A stretch of 64,000 nucleotides of DNA from the human T2T-CHM13v2.0 reference genome, Homo sapiens. This document shows, piece by piece, positions 32,094-47,660 of the stretch (the first letter of the stretch is position 1; the number at the start of each line of letters is the position of its first letter). The translations under genes and the position numbers were made by a program. The notes below the pieces were generated by a model. That model saw only the letters and a program-made list of their open reading frames with translations. It was not told the origin of the DNA and did no database searches. Location of the stretch: NCBI RefSeq assembly GCF_009914755.1, contig NC_060933.1; one strand, given 5' to 3'.

Positions 32094-33213
32094 CTAGGAT
32101 AGTCATCCTGCCTCTTACTCACCTCTGTCCAGGCTTGGTGGCCCTTCTGAGGAGGTCACTGTGTGGCGGCCGGGAATGCCCCGCTCCTGCCCCCTCAGTG
32201 GACATCGGGGGATTCTCACGGCTGTGGGTGCCGTGCATCGGAGCTTTCCCAGTAGAGGCCTCTTCACAGCAATGCCCCTGGAGGTGAAGACGAAGCCAGG
32301 GCACTGTTGTGTGTTTGTGCTCCCGGCTGATTTATGAGCCTGGGTTGGGAACATTTCACATGATCCACAGTACAGCGTGGGAAGGGAATCACAGTACGGT
32401 TTCCTGACACAGAACAGCATTACTGACAAAGGCAAGCCAGGGTGTCCGCAGGCTGGCTGAGAATCTGGGAAGCCACTCCAGCACCAAATGAGGTGGGGGT
32501 CAGTGATGTCTGGGGCCCTAGTGGATGAGGGTGCTGGCTTCGGGGAGTGGGAAACTGTCGTGAAGAGGCACAACCCTAAATGTACAGCACCTCCCCTCCT
32601 GCTGCCTGCTCCTGCCCCTTCCAGTTCCCCCAGAAGGTGCTGTCCTGCAAGAGCAACCGATCCAGGCCAAACGCTTATTTGGAACAAGGTTTGAAAACAA
32701 CGTAACAATACAAACCCACAAGACTGGAGAGAACCACAGGGCAAATTTAAATTTAAAAAACTTCTGTTACATCAGTTTTCATTCAAAACCTTTTGGTAGG
32801 AGGTTAGTTCTTTGAAAATAATAATAAAAAAGTAAATAAGGAAACAAGTTAAAGGTGGACTCATGGAAGAGGAAGAGAAACAAACACTTTTATCTCCTCT
32901 CTGCATCTACAAAAAGGTGCTGCCTCCCTCAATCTATAGTCTATAGGCTGAGACTGAGGCCGAGGGGCCACACACACGGCTTGAGGCCATGCGGCCCCAG
33001 CCTTGCTCTCTGAGAGTCGCTGGCTCTCTGCACTGTCTCTGGAGCCATCAGAGAAGCTGCAGATGGGAAAGGCCGCAGAGCCTCTCCTCCCGCAGCGCCG
33101 GGGCCCCAGGAGTCAGTGGTGCTCTGTTCTTTGAGGCTCAAATATATTACTCTGTAAACTGCCACTCTTTGACATCTTTTAGCGCCAGCTTCTCCAGATT
33201 GACAGATGCCATC

Positions 33214-33898
<685 letters not shown>

Positions 33899-34688
33899 TC
33901 AACCACGGTTGTGCAAATGTGTTTTCTTGAGCCAGTTCTGCCTTCTCCACAAAGCAGAGAACTGGATTTCAGGACACCCACAGATCACTGAGCTGGCTGC
34001 GGGGTATTCACTCAGCCTGTCACTGATGAGTCCTTTCTATCAGTCTCACTATTATTATGCTGTGAAAGATGTATTAGTTAATAGTTTTCCATTTTTATAA
34101 CCCATAAACAGTGCCTGTGAGTAGCACAGCAAGATTAGTTTTATATGCAACATTGATGGAATTTCAAAATGAAAACCAAATAGTTTGGTCAGCAACCTTG
34201 GTGGTAAATGTGTAAGTTCTACCAGGCTGCTTGAAAATAGCCTGTAGATGGGCGTGGTTGGCTTTTTGTCCCCTAGACCAGACATTTGGCAAATTTATGC
34301 CAGGAAAAGGAAAACCAGAGAAAAATCCAGGGCAGACAGGCACACCTAGCTCTTGCTGAACCACGTAAAGTCACTGCTGAAAATGCTAACACTAAAGGAA
34401 AGTTGTTCAATGAAAAATATTTCCATGAATGTTAATGGGGAGACTTTTGAAGCGTTCCATCCCACCCAAGTGATTGAACAATTTTCAGATAGAAAAATAG
34501 GTCAATTGAACAATGAAAACAAGTTTATAAAAGCAATAGGCAATCCTTTGAAAACAAATAATAGAGTCTGTACAAAATATACAGCTTAATGAAGCTTCAT
34601 GGTTCTGGATGAAGGAGAAAGCTAAGACCCGCAGGGGTGGGGGTGGAGCTGGAGGATGTGGGAGGATCTCCTGGTATGTGTGTCCTTC

Positions 34689-36084
34689 TGCGTCCGGAAT
34701 TGGTGAGTTCTTCGTCTCACTGACTTCAAGAATGAAGCTGCGGACCCTCGCGATGAGTGTTACAGTTCTTAAAGATGGTGTGTCTGGAGTTTGTTCCTTC
34801 TGATGTTCGGACATGTTTGGAGTTTCTTCCTTCTGGTGGGTTTGTGGTCTCGCTGGCTTCAGCAGTGAAGCTGCAGACCTTCGCAGTGAGTGTTACAGCT
34901 CTTAAGGTGGTGGGTCTGGAGTTGTTCATTCGTCCCGGTGGGTTCGTGGTCTCGCTGGCCTCAGGAGTGAAGCTGCAGACCTTTGCAGTGAATGTTACAG
35001 CTCATAAAGGCAGTGCGGACCCAAAAAGTGAGCAGCAGCAATATGTATTGCAAACAGCAAAAAAACAACACTTCCACAGTCTGGAAAAGAGCCAAGTGCG
35101 TTGCCACTGCCGGCTTAGGGCAGCGTGCTTTTATTCCCTTATATGGCCCCACCCACATCCTGCTGATTGGTCCATTTTATAGAGAGATGATTGGTCTGTT
35201 TTACAGAGAGCTGATTGGTCCGTTTTGACAGGGTGCTGATTAGTGCGTTTACAATCCCTGAGCTAGACCCAAAAGTTCTCCAAGTCCCCACTAGATAAGC
35301 TAGACACAGAGCACCGATTGGTGCATTTACAAACCTTGAGCTAGATACACGGTGCTGATTGGTGTGTTTACAAACCTTGAGGTAGACACAGAGTGCCAAT
35401 TGGTGTATTTACAATCCCTTAGCTAGACGTAAAGGTTCTCCAAGTCCCCACCAGACTCAGGAGCCCAGCTGGTTTCACCTAGTGGATCCCTCACCAGGCC
35501 GCAGGTGGAGCTGCCTGCCAGTCCTGTGCAGTGTGCCTGCACTCCTCAGCCCTTGGGCAGTCGATGGGACATGACACCACGGAACAGGGGGTAGCACTTG
35601 TCGGGGAGGCTCTGGTGAGCCCACAGCAGCGGGGAGGCTCGGGCATGGCAGGCTGCAGGTCCGGAGCCCTGCCCCGCGGGGAGGCAGCTGCGGCCCAGTG
35701 AGAATTTGAGCGCAGCGCTGGCAGGCCAGCACTGCTAGGGCACCCAGTGCACCCTCTGGAGCTGCTGGCTCGGGTGCTAAGCCCTTCACTGCCCGGGGCT
35801 AGTGGCGCCGGCGGGCTGCTCTGAGTGCAGGGTGACCCAGCCCACGCCTACCTGGAACTCGCGCTGGCCTGTGAGGGCCGCACTTCGCAGCCCAGGTTCC
35901 CACCCACCCCTCTCCCTCCACACCTACCCGCAAGCAGAGGGAGCCAGCACCAGCCTCAGCCAGCCCGGAGAAGGGCTCCTACAGTGCAGCCGTGGGCTGA
36001 AGGGCTCCTCAAGCGCACCTAGAGCACTGAGGCCGAGGAGGCACCAAGAGCCAGCGAGGGCTGCCAGCATGCTGTCACCTCTCA
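34689..36084 (-). mobile_element. LTR12C-like (ERV9) solo LTR
   Basis: Minus strand starts TGAGAGGTGACAGCATGCTGGCAG and ends CCGGACGCA; tandem CCAAT repeats; 4-bp TSD CTTC (34685-34688 / 36085-36088). Confidence 0.96.
35100..35405 (-). promoter_or_regulatory. LTR12 core promoter: at least 6 CCAAT (NF-Y) boxes + AATAAA-type TATA box
   Basis: ATTGG on + strand near 35166, 35190, 35214, 35317, 35358, 35399; minus-strand GGGAATAAAA at 35129-35138. Confidence 0.75.
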
Positions 36085-36240
36085 CTTCCTTATCCATTCT
36101 TTCATTCTTTTATTCCTTTACTTTCTTAATAAACTTGCTTTCACTTTGCTGTATGGACTTGCCCTGAATTCTGTCTTGCAAGAGATCCAAGAATCCTCTC
36201 TTGGGGTTTGGATTGAGATCCCTTTCCAGTAACATCTTCC

Positions 36241-36729
<489 letters not shown>

Positions 36730-39700
36730 AGTTTGTTTCTTTATTGACTAAGTTTTTTAATTTTTATTTTCAAAGAGCTAACTTCCTTCTAAAAGGTTTT
36801 GAATGTAAACGGATGTAACAGAAGATTTTTAAAATTTTAATTTGCCCTGCGGTTCTCTCCAGTCTTGTGGGTTTGTGTGGGCTTGTGGGTTCAATTGGCC
36901 AACTTCGGGTAAGTGGGGTGCACTTATCCTGGTAAAGGATGAGATTGGGTTAGAGGCCCAACTTAGGGTAGTCACAACCTCTCCTAAGACAGAGTGGGTG
37001 AAAGGCCCCTCTTAATAAAAGGCAAGGATGCTTGACTGAATTTGGGTTTGAGGCCCACCTTAGGAAGGTTAGAATGATTCCTAAGATTTAGGGGGTTAGA
37101 GGTCCCTCTCAGTAAAGTCCCTCTCAGCTAAGAATGAGTTTGGCCCTATGGGATGTTAACACATATTCTCTTTGGAATAATCTACCTTAGACTCTTTGCT
37201 GATGGCTGTAGGTGATGGGACTAGGCATTTACAGGATCATGGGACATGGGGAGCTTTTTTCTCCCCAAAAGGGGAAACTTGAGAGCTGATGGAACTACTA
37301 GAAAAGATCCCCTCAAGGCTGACAAATGGCCACCTGAACTTTCGATTCTGTGTTGCTGCAATGGATGGGTTTTTCCCTGGCCTCCCTGAACGCTTTGCCT
37401 TCCCACTCTGCCACAGGCAATGCTTTTCTCTCTCTCCATTCCCTTTCTTATCTTTTCTATTACTCAGGGGGACCATCTTGCCCAGAGACCACATGTTGAA
37501 ATTTCTGGTCGGAGTTTGGATTAACGACGACGGGGCCCAGTGGAGTACAAGTTTGAGCAGTAGCAGTTTGATATTGGGTGCTAAGCAGGGCAGCTAGTGT
37601 CTGTTTTGTTGCATGTATTTTGTTCTCACCAGAATGGAAAACGATCATTTTTCTTTGTGTTGTGGCTTGGGCCCCAGGGCTGTGGTGCAGCTAGCTGGGT
37701 CACCAGGGCTGCTCAGGGAAAGGGATCCCAGAAGCCTGGCACGGTGGCCAAAGGGTAAGAATTTCTTACCAGCCAGACTTCTGGCCTCTCCCTCTCTCTT
37801 TCTGTGCAAACTGGTTGAATTAATGATAAAAATTACTGTTTATCCCCTCTGTAAGTTTTGATTAATGAAAAAAAAAGGATTTGTGAGGCTAGTCTTAACA
37901 TATAGTGAATCTGATGTGCTCTGTGTGTCTTTCTGTATTGTTGTGTCATAAAGAGGATAGAACATGGGCCTAGGAACCTATAAGCCCAGTGTTAAAGGTG
38001 GTCTAGTAAACTGGTCAGTTATAAACTTTGCTGCAGGTTCCTGAAAACAAACTGGATGAGCTTCTCCTGCTGTCTTGTTCTATGTCCTTGGGAGCTTGAC
38101 CTTGTAACCATGTGGCAGTATTTTCTATTGGTCTCCACCATAACAATGGCAGTCTAGGTTCAGGATTCCATTCCTGGCTTAGGGAATGAGTCCCTCATTT
38201 TCTGTCTGTCTGTGTATTTACATGTGTTGTGTGTGTGAAATGAAAGAGCTTTGATTAATTGGTTTAAAAACAATAAGAGCTAAAATCAAATATTTTTGTG
38301 AGAAAAGTAAAAAGTGTAATGCCTTTCAGTTCATGAGACTTTAGTAATCTTGAGGAAATAAAGGCAGTTTTAAAGATTATCGGTTAAATAAAGCTATCTT
38401 AAAAAATATAAACATTTGGTTGAAATGAGACAGATCAGATATTAAGTTTACTAAACACTTTAAGGTCACAAACTGCTTCTTTGACTTTTGAAAATTATTC
38501 AATTGGCTGACTTTGGAGCATTAGATTCTAGATAAGGCCTAGGGACATGTGGAGAGCCTTGCCCCTTAGCTATGCTGGAAAGAGTCAGCCCTTATCTGTA
38601 CTTCTGTCTGATGTCCTAGGCTTCACACCTGGGACATAATTACCATCACTTACTAACCAAATTTTCACCAAAAGTAAAAGTTGCTAAGAGTTAACATTGT
38701 AACATGTAGTTGAGACTACTGAAGAAACAGTTTTACATGTAAGACATGTAAGGAAAGTAGAATATATTTTGGCCTAGAGTAAAAGGTTAAAGGATTGTTT
38801 TAAGTCAAATAGGGTAAAGCTGAAAGTTTGAGCAAGTTATGAAACATTCGTAGGAAAGTTAGGAAAAATTAAACTTGTGAAAAGAAATTCTATGTGTGAA
38901 TGTGTTGGCTAAAGTTAAAGGGGTATTCAGTTTTTCCATAAATTGAATATTGGAATGAAAGTACAACAGGTTTTTCTTAAAGAACTGATCTTCTCTTTAA
39001 TGAAGAAATTTTCAAGGGTTATAGAAGGTTTATGAGCAGGCATTAATGTTGGATAGATTTGTCTGTAAGGTTTTATTAAAAATTGGATTTAACATTAATA
39101 GTATACTAATGTAAAGGTGACATTTGGCTTACTTGGTGTAAAAATCATACAGGAAGCGCTGTCAAATATGAAATGGTATTTGGCTTTCTTTGGGCTGTAT
39201 TTGTATAACTCTGTTATTGGTATGTGTTTCAAAATTATAGTAAACTCCTATAATTCTGATATAATTAAGTGTATGTTATTAATAATTATAAATGTTACAT
39301 AAAATTATTGTATACCACAGAGGTAACAAAATTTCTTTGTCAATCGTGTTTTCCATTATGACTGCCCTAAAACATTTTGTCATTCACAGGCATTTGTTGT
39401 CTGTTTTGGTCCTCTTCAAAAGGTGGTTTTATAATCAACTCTAAAACTCTAACAGGTGTTCTTAAATGCAGGTTTCTGATAACTTTGGAGATTGTGACAT
39501 TGGAATAGAGGAAAAACACTTTCCGAACTTTCATGGAGTGCTGCAATGTTCACGAATGTCAAGTAGAACAGGAGTTAACTGCATGGACTAAACTAATAAA
39601 AGCCTGACGTAATCTTTGTTAACCTTTTGCCTAAAACATTTCTGATCCTATTTTGTTTTTCAGAGATAAGGAAGGAAACTTTTCTTTCAAGCTATTTGTA

Positions 39701-40294
39701 GCTGAACAATTGAGTAAAGTGTACTTCTGTGAACAAAATCTGGACAATATTTGTTTTTCTCTACTTGATTTCTCTGGAATTTGGAAACTGTGAATATTCT
39801 TAACTTATGGCGATATAGTTATTTGCATAAGTGCAGTAAGAATCTGCTTTCTTTTCTAACAGGACACAATTGAAGAAACTCGTTATTTTACCAAGGCTTT
39901 TACTGGAATGGTATACTTTCCTTTAAGGAATCAGACTTAACTTGTAAAGCCAATAAAAGTCCCTTGGGAAAACTGGCCTCATATTTTGTCTACAACAGTC
40001 CCTATACAGGGTTTCTGACTTGTAGTAAGTAAAGAATGCCATTTTTTTGACAGGTCCAAGAGCTCCACGTTATCTTGGGACCTCAAGAGGAGAGGAATTT
40101 ACCCAACTTATAGGTATTTGAGGGTATAAACAGGGCTGGGCTCAGCTTAAAAAAAAGTTTTATCTAAGATTCCTTCTATGGAACAGAGTTCCATCAAAGC
40201 CAATTTAGAAAGAGCTTATGTGAAAAATTATTCTTGCTGTATTTTATGCAAATAATCAGGCCAAGTATAATAAAGCAAATCGGTCATATCATAA

Positions 40295-40709
<415 letters not shown>

Positions 40710-43567
40710 CTCATCAGTTATTTTTAAGTTTTTTTTTCCCTGCAATTTAGACTAACCCTGTTTGTTCTTGTGAACCAACCAGTGATCTATAACTCCAGCT
40801 CAGAAGAAACAAGAGGATTGGGTAATGTAAAAATCTGGATCAATATTCTAATTCTGGGCATATCGTAATCAGCTAGCAACCCTGTATCTGCTTTGTTCCA
40901 ACAATTGTTCAGTTCATGGAAAGCCTTCTAATTTAGTTTACTTGGAATAATTTTACTTTATTTTTCTTTGTTGTGGAATATATTGCTGTTATACTCTTTG
41001 TGTAGGAATGCAGAATAAGCTTACTCAACATTTTCTTAAATTGAACACTTATTAATCTTCCAGATATCACCTTTTGTCAGAACTCAAGAGTCACGAATGA
41101 CCCTCAGCATACCAACACTTTCTGACTGAGCTCCTCTCTACCTGGAATACAAGAGACTCTACTAGTTAGGCAGGAGTATCATCGTCCCTATTCAGCATGA
41201 AGAAGTTACAGAAGATGGATTGTCATCACTCTGTAACCTTTAGGATAAAGGGTTCCCCTGTCCCTTTAAAAGGGACGGGGGAAATGTCAGAGGCGTTTGA
41301 ACCAGAGCAATTCCATCTTGAATAGGGGCTGGGTAAAATAAGGCTAAGGCCTACTGGGCTACATTCCCAGATGGTTAGGCATTCCATCACAGGATGAGCT
41401 AGGTCAGCACAAGATAAAAGATATAAAGACCTTGCTGATATAACAGATTGCAGTCAAGAAGCTGGCTAAAGTCCACTAAAATCAAAATGGTGACGAGAGT
41501 GACCTCTGGTTGTCCTCACTGCTACGCTCCCAACAACACCACGACAGTTTACAAATGCCATGGCCACATCAGGAAGTTACCCTATGTGGTCTAAAAAGGG
41601 GAGACATGAATAATCCACCCCCCACCTATTTTTTAGCATATAATCAAGAAATAACCATGAAAATGAGCAACCTCAGGGCTTCTCCGTCTATGGAGTGAGT
41701 AGCCACTGTTTTATTCCTTTACTTTCTTAATAAACTTGCTTTTACTTAAAAAAAAAATAGCAAGATGGTAGCACAGAAAAACAAGGCAAAATAAAGCGTG
41801 CACCCAGAGTGCTTAAAAACAGGTGGAGATAGCATGGAGCACCCAACAAATGAAGGGGTCATGGGAACTCCGCCCCTTGGCCCTGGCCCCTGGTGCTCAC
41901 ATGCAAAGCAAAATGTTTGGGTTCAACCATCAAGGCCCCACCACCCAAACTGGTTTCACGTGATATTTTCTGATTGGACACTAATGTCAGCAAAAATTGG
42001 TGCATGTGTTGTGTCTTTGCTGGAAACTGTGAAGTCAAAACCTTTCATGTATTAATTTAATATGTTTTAAGGTGAAAAAAGTCATTATAGCAAAAAATAA
42101 GTCATCATCCATAAAGCAGTCTTACGTTCTGAGTCATAGCTGAGCAGCTGTGTTGTGTTGGGAAGCACCACTGGGGTGGGAGATAGGAGAGTAAGTGTGC
42201 ACAGGCTGAACAGATGTGAGTGTCCATCACAGGTAATGTTGGGGTGGCAGCCCCTGAACTTGGGGTTCTGACTTCAACTGGGGGTAATTGATTCTCATCT
42301 TTGGCAAAGTTGCTCTTCTTTTAAAGATCAGGTTGGTTTGCCTTGTGGACTCTATAATGCTTGTAATTAGTTGGTTTTCCTTGGCCAGTAGTCAGTTCAG
42401 AATCCATGTGTGTCTACTTGGTGACCAAAGGCAGGCCACCCAGGTCACCCACCCACCAGGCCACTCAGAACTTCACCTTCCCTGCTGCCTCCTTGCCTTG
42501 GACTTTCATTTTCCTGTCTTCCTGATTTCTCTATCTTTGGGTCTCTCCCATTATGATGAATATATTTCCTCAAGCCTCTTCACTTATTTTTAGAGTAAGG
42601 AAGAATACAAGTGATAGAAACATTTTGTTGCTGCTTTGCATGAGGAAAAAAACAGCAAAAGAAGACAATGTTTTATTTCTTTTTTGAGAGGCCTTCATTT
42701 TTTATTAGGTTTATAGATCAGCCTTCCTTTCAAATAATCACTTCATATGTTTTTGTTGTTGTTGTTTTTCACTAACATTTGGCCAACTCGTCAGTTATGA
42801 TGTATCTAAAGATTGGAAGCAAGATTTCCTAAAGTTCAGAAGTGAAACTACATGAACAAACATGGAGGGCTCTGAGTATATTGACCAGAGAGGAGGGGAA
42901 AATGCTGCCCTCTCCATCGAAGCCCCATTTCTTCTGCTCACATACCCAGGAAGGGTGGCAGGTGCAGTGAGGTTAGCAGTACCCCTGAGGAAAAGGAGAA
43001 ATTCTAGACTGCTTTATATCAGAGCCGGGGATTGCCTGCCAGAAATAACTGAGACTGTCACCCTGATTTGGCCTCTGAAAGCATGTTCATTCAAGCAAAG
43101 GTGGTGAAACTATGCAGCCAGAAAGCACTTGCCTGGGGCTGTGGTTCTCAAACCTGAGACAGGAGAACCCCCCTGCTTGGCTACAGCCAGGGGCTCTGCC
43201 ACAGCAGGTGTAGGCTGGGCTGGATCATCTGCATGTGTAACAAGTTCCTGGATGATGCCGTGTTGCTGGTCTGGTGTGTGGCTGTGCAGGGCATGGTGAC
43301 TCTGCTGGACAGAACATACATCCTTTCCCTGTGTGAGTGTCCAAACTCCTGACATCAGCTGGTGGGTGGCTCAGGGGAAACAGTTCTCCCTGCTGCCTCC
43401 CAGCAGAGCCCCTCCGTACCCAACTCAAGCCAACCAGAAATATAGTTTTTTAAAAAAACTTAAAGGTTTGCAAAGAGGAGAATTCAGCTGTGAAGACTAG
43501 TAAAACAGACCAAAAGCTAGTTAAGAAGTCTGCTTCTAGAGAGAAAACTTGTCGTCAATTAACAAAA

Positions 43568-44092
43568 GCTATTTTTGCTTATATTGCTGATGCTTTTGTT
43601 GTATGTCCAAAAAATCATTACCAAGACCAATCTAAAGGAGCTTTTTCCTTGTTTTCTTCTAGGAGTTTTACAGTTTCAGGTTTTACATTTAAATAATCCA
43701 TTTTGAGTTAATTTTTGTATATGATGTAAGGTAAAGGTACAATTTTATTCTTTTTTTATGTGAATAAACAGTTTTCCCAGCACTATTTATTGAAGAGACT
43801 ATCTTTTCTCGATTGTATTCCTGGCATCTTTGTCCAAGAGTAGTTGACCTTATATGGGTGGGTTTGTTTCTGGGCATTCAGTTTGGTTCCATTGGTCTAT
43901 ATGTCTGTTTTTATTGTTCCATTGGTCTATGTGTCTGTTTTAACAGTACCTTGCTGATTTGATTACTATAGCTTTGTAATATAGTTTGAAATCAGATAGG
44001 TGATGACTTTAGTTTTGTTCTTTTTTCTTAAGATTGCTTTGGCTATTTGGGGTCTTTTGTGCTTCCATTTGAATGTTAGGATTGTTTTTCTT
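43568..44092 (-). mobile_element. L1M ORF2 segment (inverted part)
   Basis: TTCCATTGGTCTAT, TTTTCCCAGCACTATTTATTGAAGAGACT; ORF2 region from about EKTIL to about KAKID. Confidence 0.85.
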
Positions 44093-44748
44093 TTATTGCA
44101 GAATTATTCACAATAGCCAAGATATGGAACCAACCTAAGTATCTGTCAACAGATGAATGGATAAAGAAAATGTGTCATATATGTACAATGAAATATTTTT
44201 AAGCCATAAAAATAGAAGGAGATCCTGAAATTTGTAACAACACAGATGAACATGGAGGACATTATGCTAAGTAAAATAAGCCAGACACAGAAAGACAAAT
44301 ACCATATGATCTCACTTACAAGGAAAATCTTAAAAAGTTAAATTTATAGAAGCAGAGAGAAGAATGGTGGTTGCTAGAGGCTGGGGGCTGGGGGAAATGG
44401 GGCGATGTTGGTCAAATTGTACAAACTTGTAGTTGTAAGATGAATAAGTTCTGAGGATCTAATGTACAGCATGGTAATATAGTTAGCAATACTATATTGT
44501 ATATTTGAAATTTGCTAAGAGATTAGATCTTAAGTGTCCTCACTGCCCCCTGTGCGCACACACCATGATAATTGTGTGAGGTGATAGATGTGTTCATTAA
44601 TTGTATTATGATCATTTCACAATGTATGTGTATATCAAATCATCACATTGTATGCCTTAAATATATACAATTTTTATCTGGCAATTATACCTCAATAAGG
44701 CTGGGAAACAAAACCAAAAACAAACACCCCCCCACCAAAAAAAAAAAA
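44093..44748 (+). mobile_element. L1MA8-10-like 3' end with A-rich tail
   Basis: TTTATTGCAG..ATTCACAATAGCCAAGATATGG; 3'UTR ...ATTATACCTCAATAAGGCTGG + A-rich tail. Confidence 0.88.
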
Positions 44749-47289
44749 CAAGTGAAATCAAGAGAAGTTCGCACTGTCCATGGCAAGCAGTGGTAACAGG
44801 AAGATTCAGCCTATTCCCTGGGGATGAGTAATAACCATGGGATGAGAAGTGACCAGAAATAGCAAAGCACAGCCGCTTCTCCCAGCTGGTTTCAGGAAGC
44901 AGCAGACTCTGCGGTAGGGGCTTTAGAGCGCAGACCACGTCCCGCACGGAGCAGGGGAAATTGTCATTATTCAGGAGTGAAGGCTTCTCTGTACCATCTG
45001 TCTGTCCTTGACAGAGTATTCTAAATATTCCCCTTGATTTGAATATCTGCAGCATCCATTTCCCAGCCAACGAAGACAGTGTAGTGAGGAAGCAGACGTG
45101 TCGCAGGCTTCCTGGAACTTGCCCAGAACCTGGGAACCTGTACGGGTTCGTCCAGGCAGCATCTCTGCTTGCCTTTCCCTCCACTTGATTTTTACCAACA
45201 TCAGCCTTTTCTGTCCCCAGTAGAATGTGCAACATCCCCCTGAACTCTGCCCTGCTCCATCTTCCTTGGAGGATCGTGGTTGCTCTGGGCACCATAGAGC
45301 CCCATGGATCCAGAATACTGAATGAGAAGAGGGAAGGGCTTGGGAAGTCATGAGGATCTAATGGAGGAGCTGGGGATGTGTCCTGTAGAGAGGAGAGCTC
45401 TCATTTCAGGCCTGTCCTTCCTTTTGCTCTTAAGGGCTCACTCACCCACGCCGTGCAGACTTTCAAGGGCCTCTGCAGAGTGAGAGATGTCATAGGCACA
45501 GGTTGCTCTTGTCCTGCATCATGGCAGGTGGGCAGGCTCCTGTCTGGGAGGCAGGCATCGTCCAGTCCAGGTGAGAAAAGCTCTCTCGAGGGACAGCCCC
45601 ATGACAACGTGGGGCCGGTCAGGACCCCCTTGCATGCCTTTCTGAGAACACGTCCAGGTGGAGGCTGGTCACTGTCCGCCAGGGTCTTTGCTAAGGGACT
45701 TCCTTCCAATGGTAGAAGATAAAACTAAATTACCTTAACATTTCTTCTAACCTGGATTTAAAAACTTGATTTTGTGCAAATACCTACACTTACAAAAAAT
45801 AAACCATTGAAATAATTATTTTAATAGAAAAAGAGAGACCACTGGCATGACAAAACTTTGAGGATAGCAAACAAAAGCCATAAAATATTTTTGTGAAGCA
45901 ATGAAAAGATTCATACTTAAAAGATGAACTCTTTCCAAAGAAATAGCTAGACGTTTAGGGTATTGAAATGGAGAATATCTACCCTCCTACAAGTTTTACC
46001 CAAGGGGATGTAACTTCTGACAGGGTTCCTAAACTTTTAATGCAGAGTGTGCGCTTTGTGATTTAGTTTTGGTTAGTTTCTTGGGAAAATTATCATTTTT
46101 CTTCTAAAATAGCAACACTTGAAGTCTAATTTTTAATTATAACTTGTAGCTAAAGCTGTTTTCCATGGGAAAAAAATGTCTGATTTTATCATAGAAATCA
46201 ATGCAGAAATAGGGTTTAGTTTCCTGGAGCTTACTTTGCAGGCTATGGAGCAGAACTATTCTTAAAGCCAATTGGAGAACCCTGGACTGATGGCCTCAGT
46301 CCCTGGGCGTCATCTTCCAGACTGAGCATGTCTCACTTTGGCATGGCCTTCTCTGTAGCTGGGCTGGTGGTCCAGTCATGGACCCCTGTGTGTGTGGGCC
46401 TTGAAGCCCACACAGCTTCCTCCAGATGCAAACGCATTACCACCCTTACAAAGCAGCAAGAACAAACCTGGGGTTTCTTTCGGATAGTTTTGAGGGTCTT
46501 CATGGGGAAAAAAATAGGAGGAGAACAAGTAGGCTTCTAAGAGACTCTAAAACATATTGAATTAGTGCTTCCCTCGGACACACTTGTCAACCAAGATATG
46601 CAGGTACTTCTGGAAGGCGAATCCCATCAAACCTCCTTCCAAATTTAAGAATGGAGCTGGGTAGAGCTATGTGGGTGTGCAGTGCTTCCCACCAACCAAA
46701 CCACTCAGGACGCTGCTTCCCCAGTGATCAGCACCAGAGTTTACCTGGCACTTTCCACCTGGCCATGTCTGCAACTCAGAGCAGAGGCTAAGGGAGTCCG
46801 CCTGCACAGGACATTCAGAAACACGGGAGGGTTTCAAGGTTCACGCCTCTTTGGCATTTCCCAGGCTCCCCTCACGGTGTCGGCAGTGCCCACATCGCAA
46901 ACTTCAGGAGATGGGAGCGAGAGGGGCCTGTTGGGTGACCAAGCTGTCATGGCTGCTGGGTTCCCTCTTTGCTGCCTGTCAGCCTCACCCCTGGGCATCC
47001 CCCACCTGCTGGTCACAGACTCCGCCTGCCTTAACTCTGGCTCTGAGGGGCAATAAATGAGCAGCATGGGTCCTTGGCCCGCAGGGAAGAGGGGGCAACC
47101 CTAGGGCTGTGATGTTATTTTATAACATTTATTTTTTTCTCGTTACAGAATGAATATGTGTTCATGGTGAAAAAATTGTAAGAATAGAACCAGGAAAAAA
47201 AATGGGCTATACCTATCCTGGCCCACTCAGGTCACCATCGTCTCCTTGCTTCTACTTCAAAGCCCCGTGGCTGCCTCCCGCCCAGTGGC

Positions 47290-47660
47290 GGGGCATCGTT
47301 TAAAAGGGACCATTTTTCTACTGAAGCCCCTCCATGCACTTAGTATGAAATCCAAATCCTCTGGCCTGGTGGACGTGCCCTCCTTCTTTCGAATGTTGTT
47401 CTCACTGCCCTTTACCTCTGTGCCCCTCATTGTCTGTGCCGTCCCCATGTGGGAGACATCCCGTCCCTTCAATCGTTAGAGCTGTGGAGAGCTGGCCCCG
47501 TACCCTCCACTCCTTTCTCTACGTTACACCTGCTTTACTCTCAGAACAGTCTTACCACCATCTGCAGTTATCGTTTTTAGTTACTTGTTCACTGCCCTTT
47601 CCCACTGAGAGGGTCAGCGTCATGATATCAGAACTTGTCAAGTCGGTGCTTCGTCGGCGA
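47290..47660 (+). mobile_element. L2 fragment (very diverged)
   Basis: GCACTTAGTATGAAATCCAAATCCTC...GGCCT motif. Confidence 0.45.

Noticed and set aside
44657-45351. 212-aa and 126-aa minus-strand ORFs in mostly unique DNA
   Set aside because: No recognisable domain, and the longer one runs into the L1 tail; consistent with chance ORFs.
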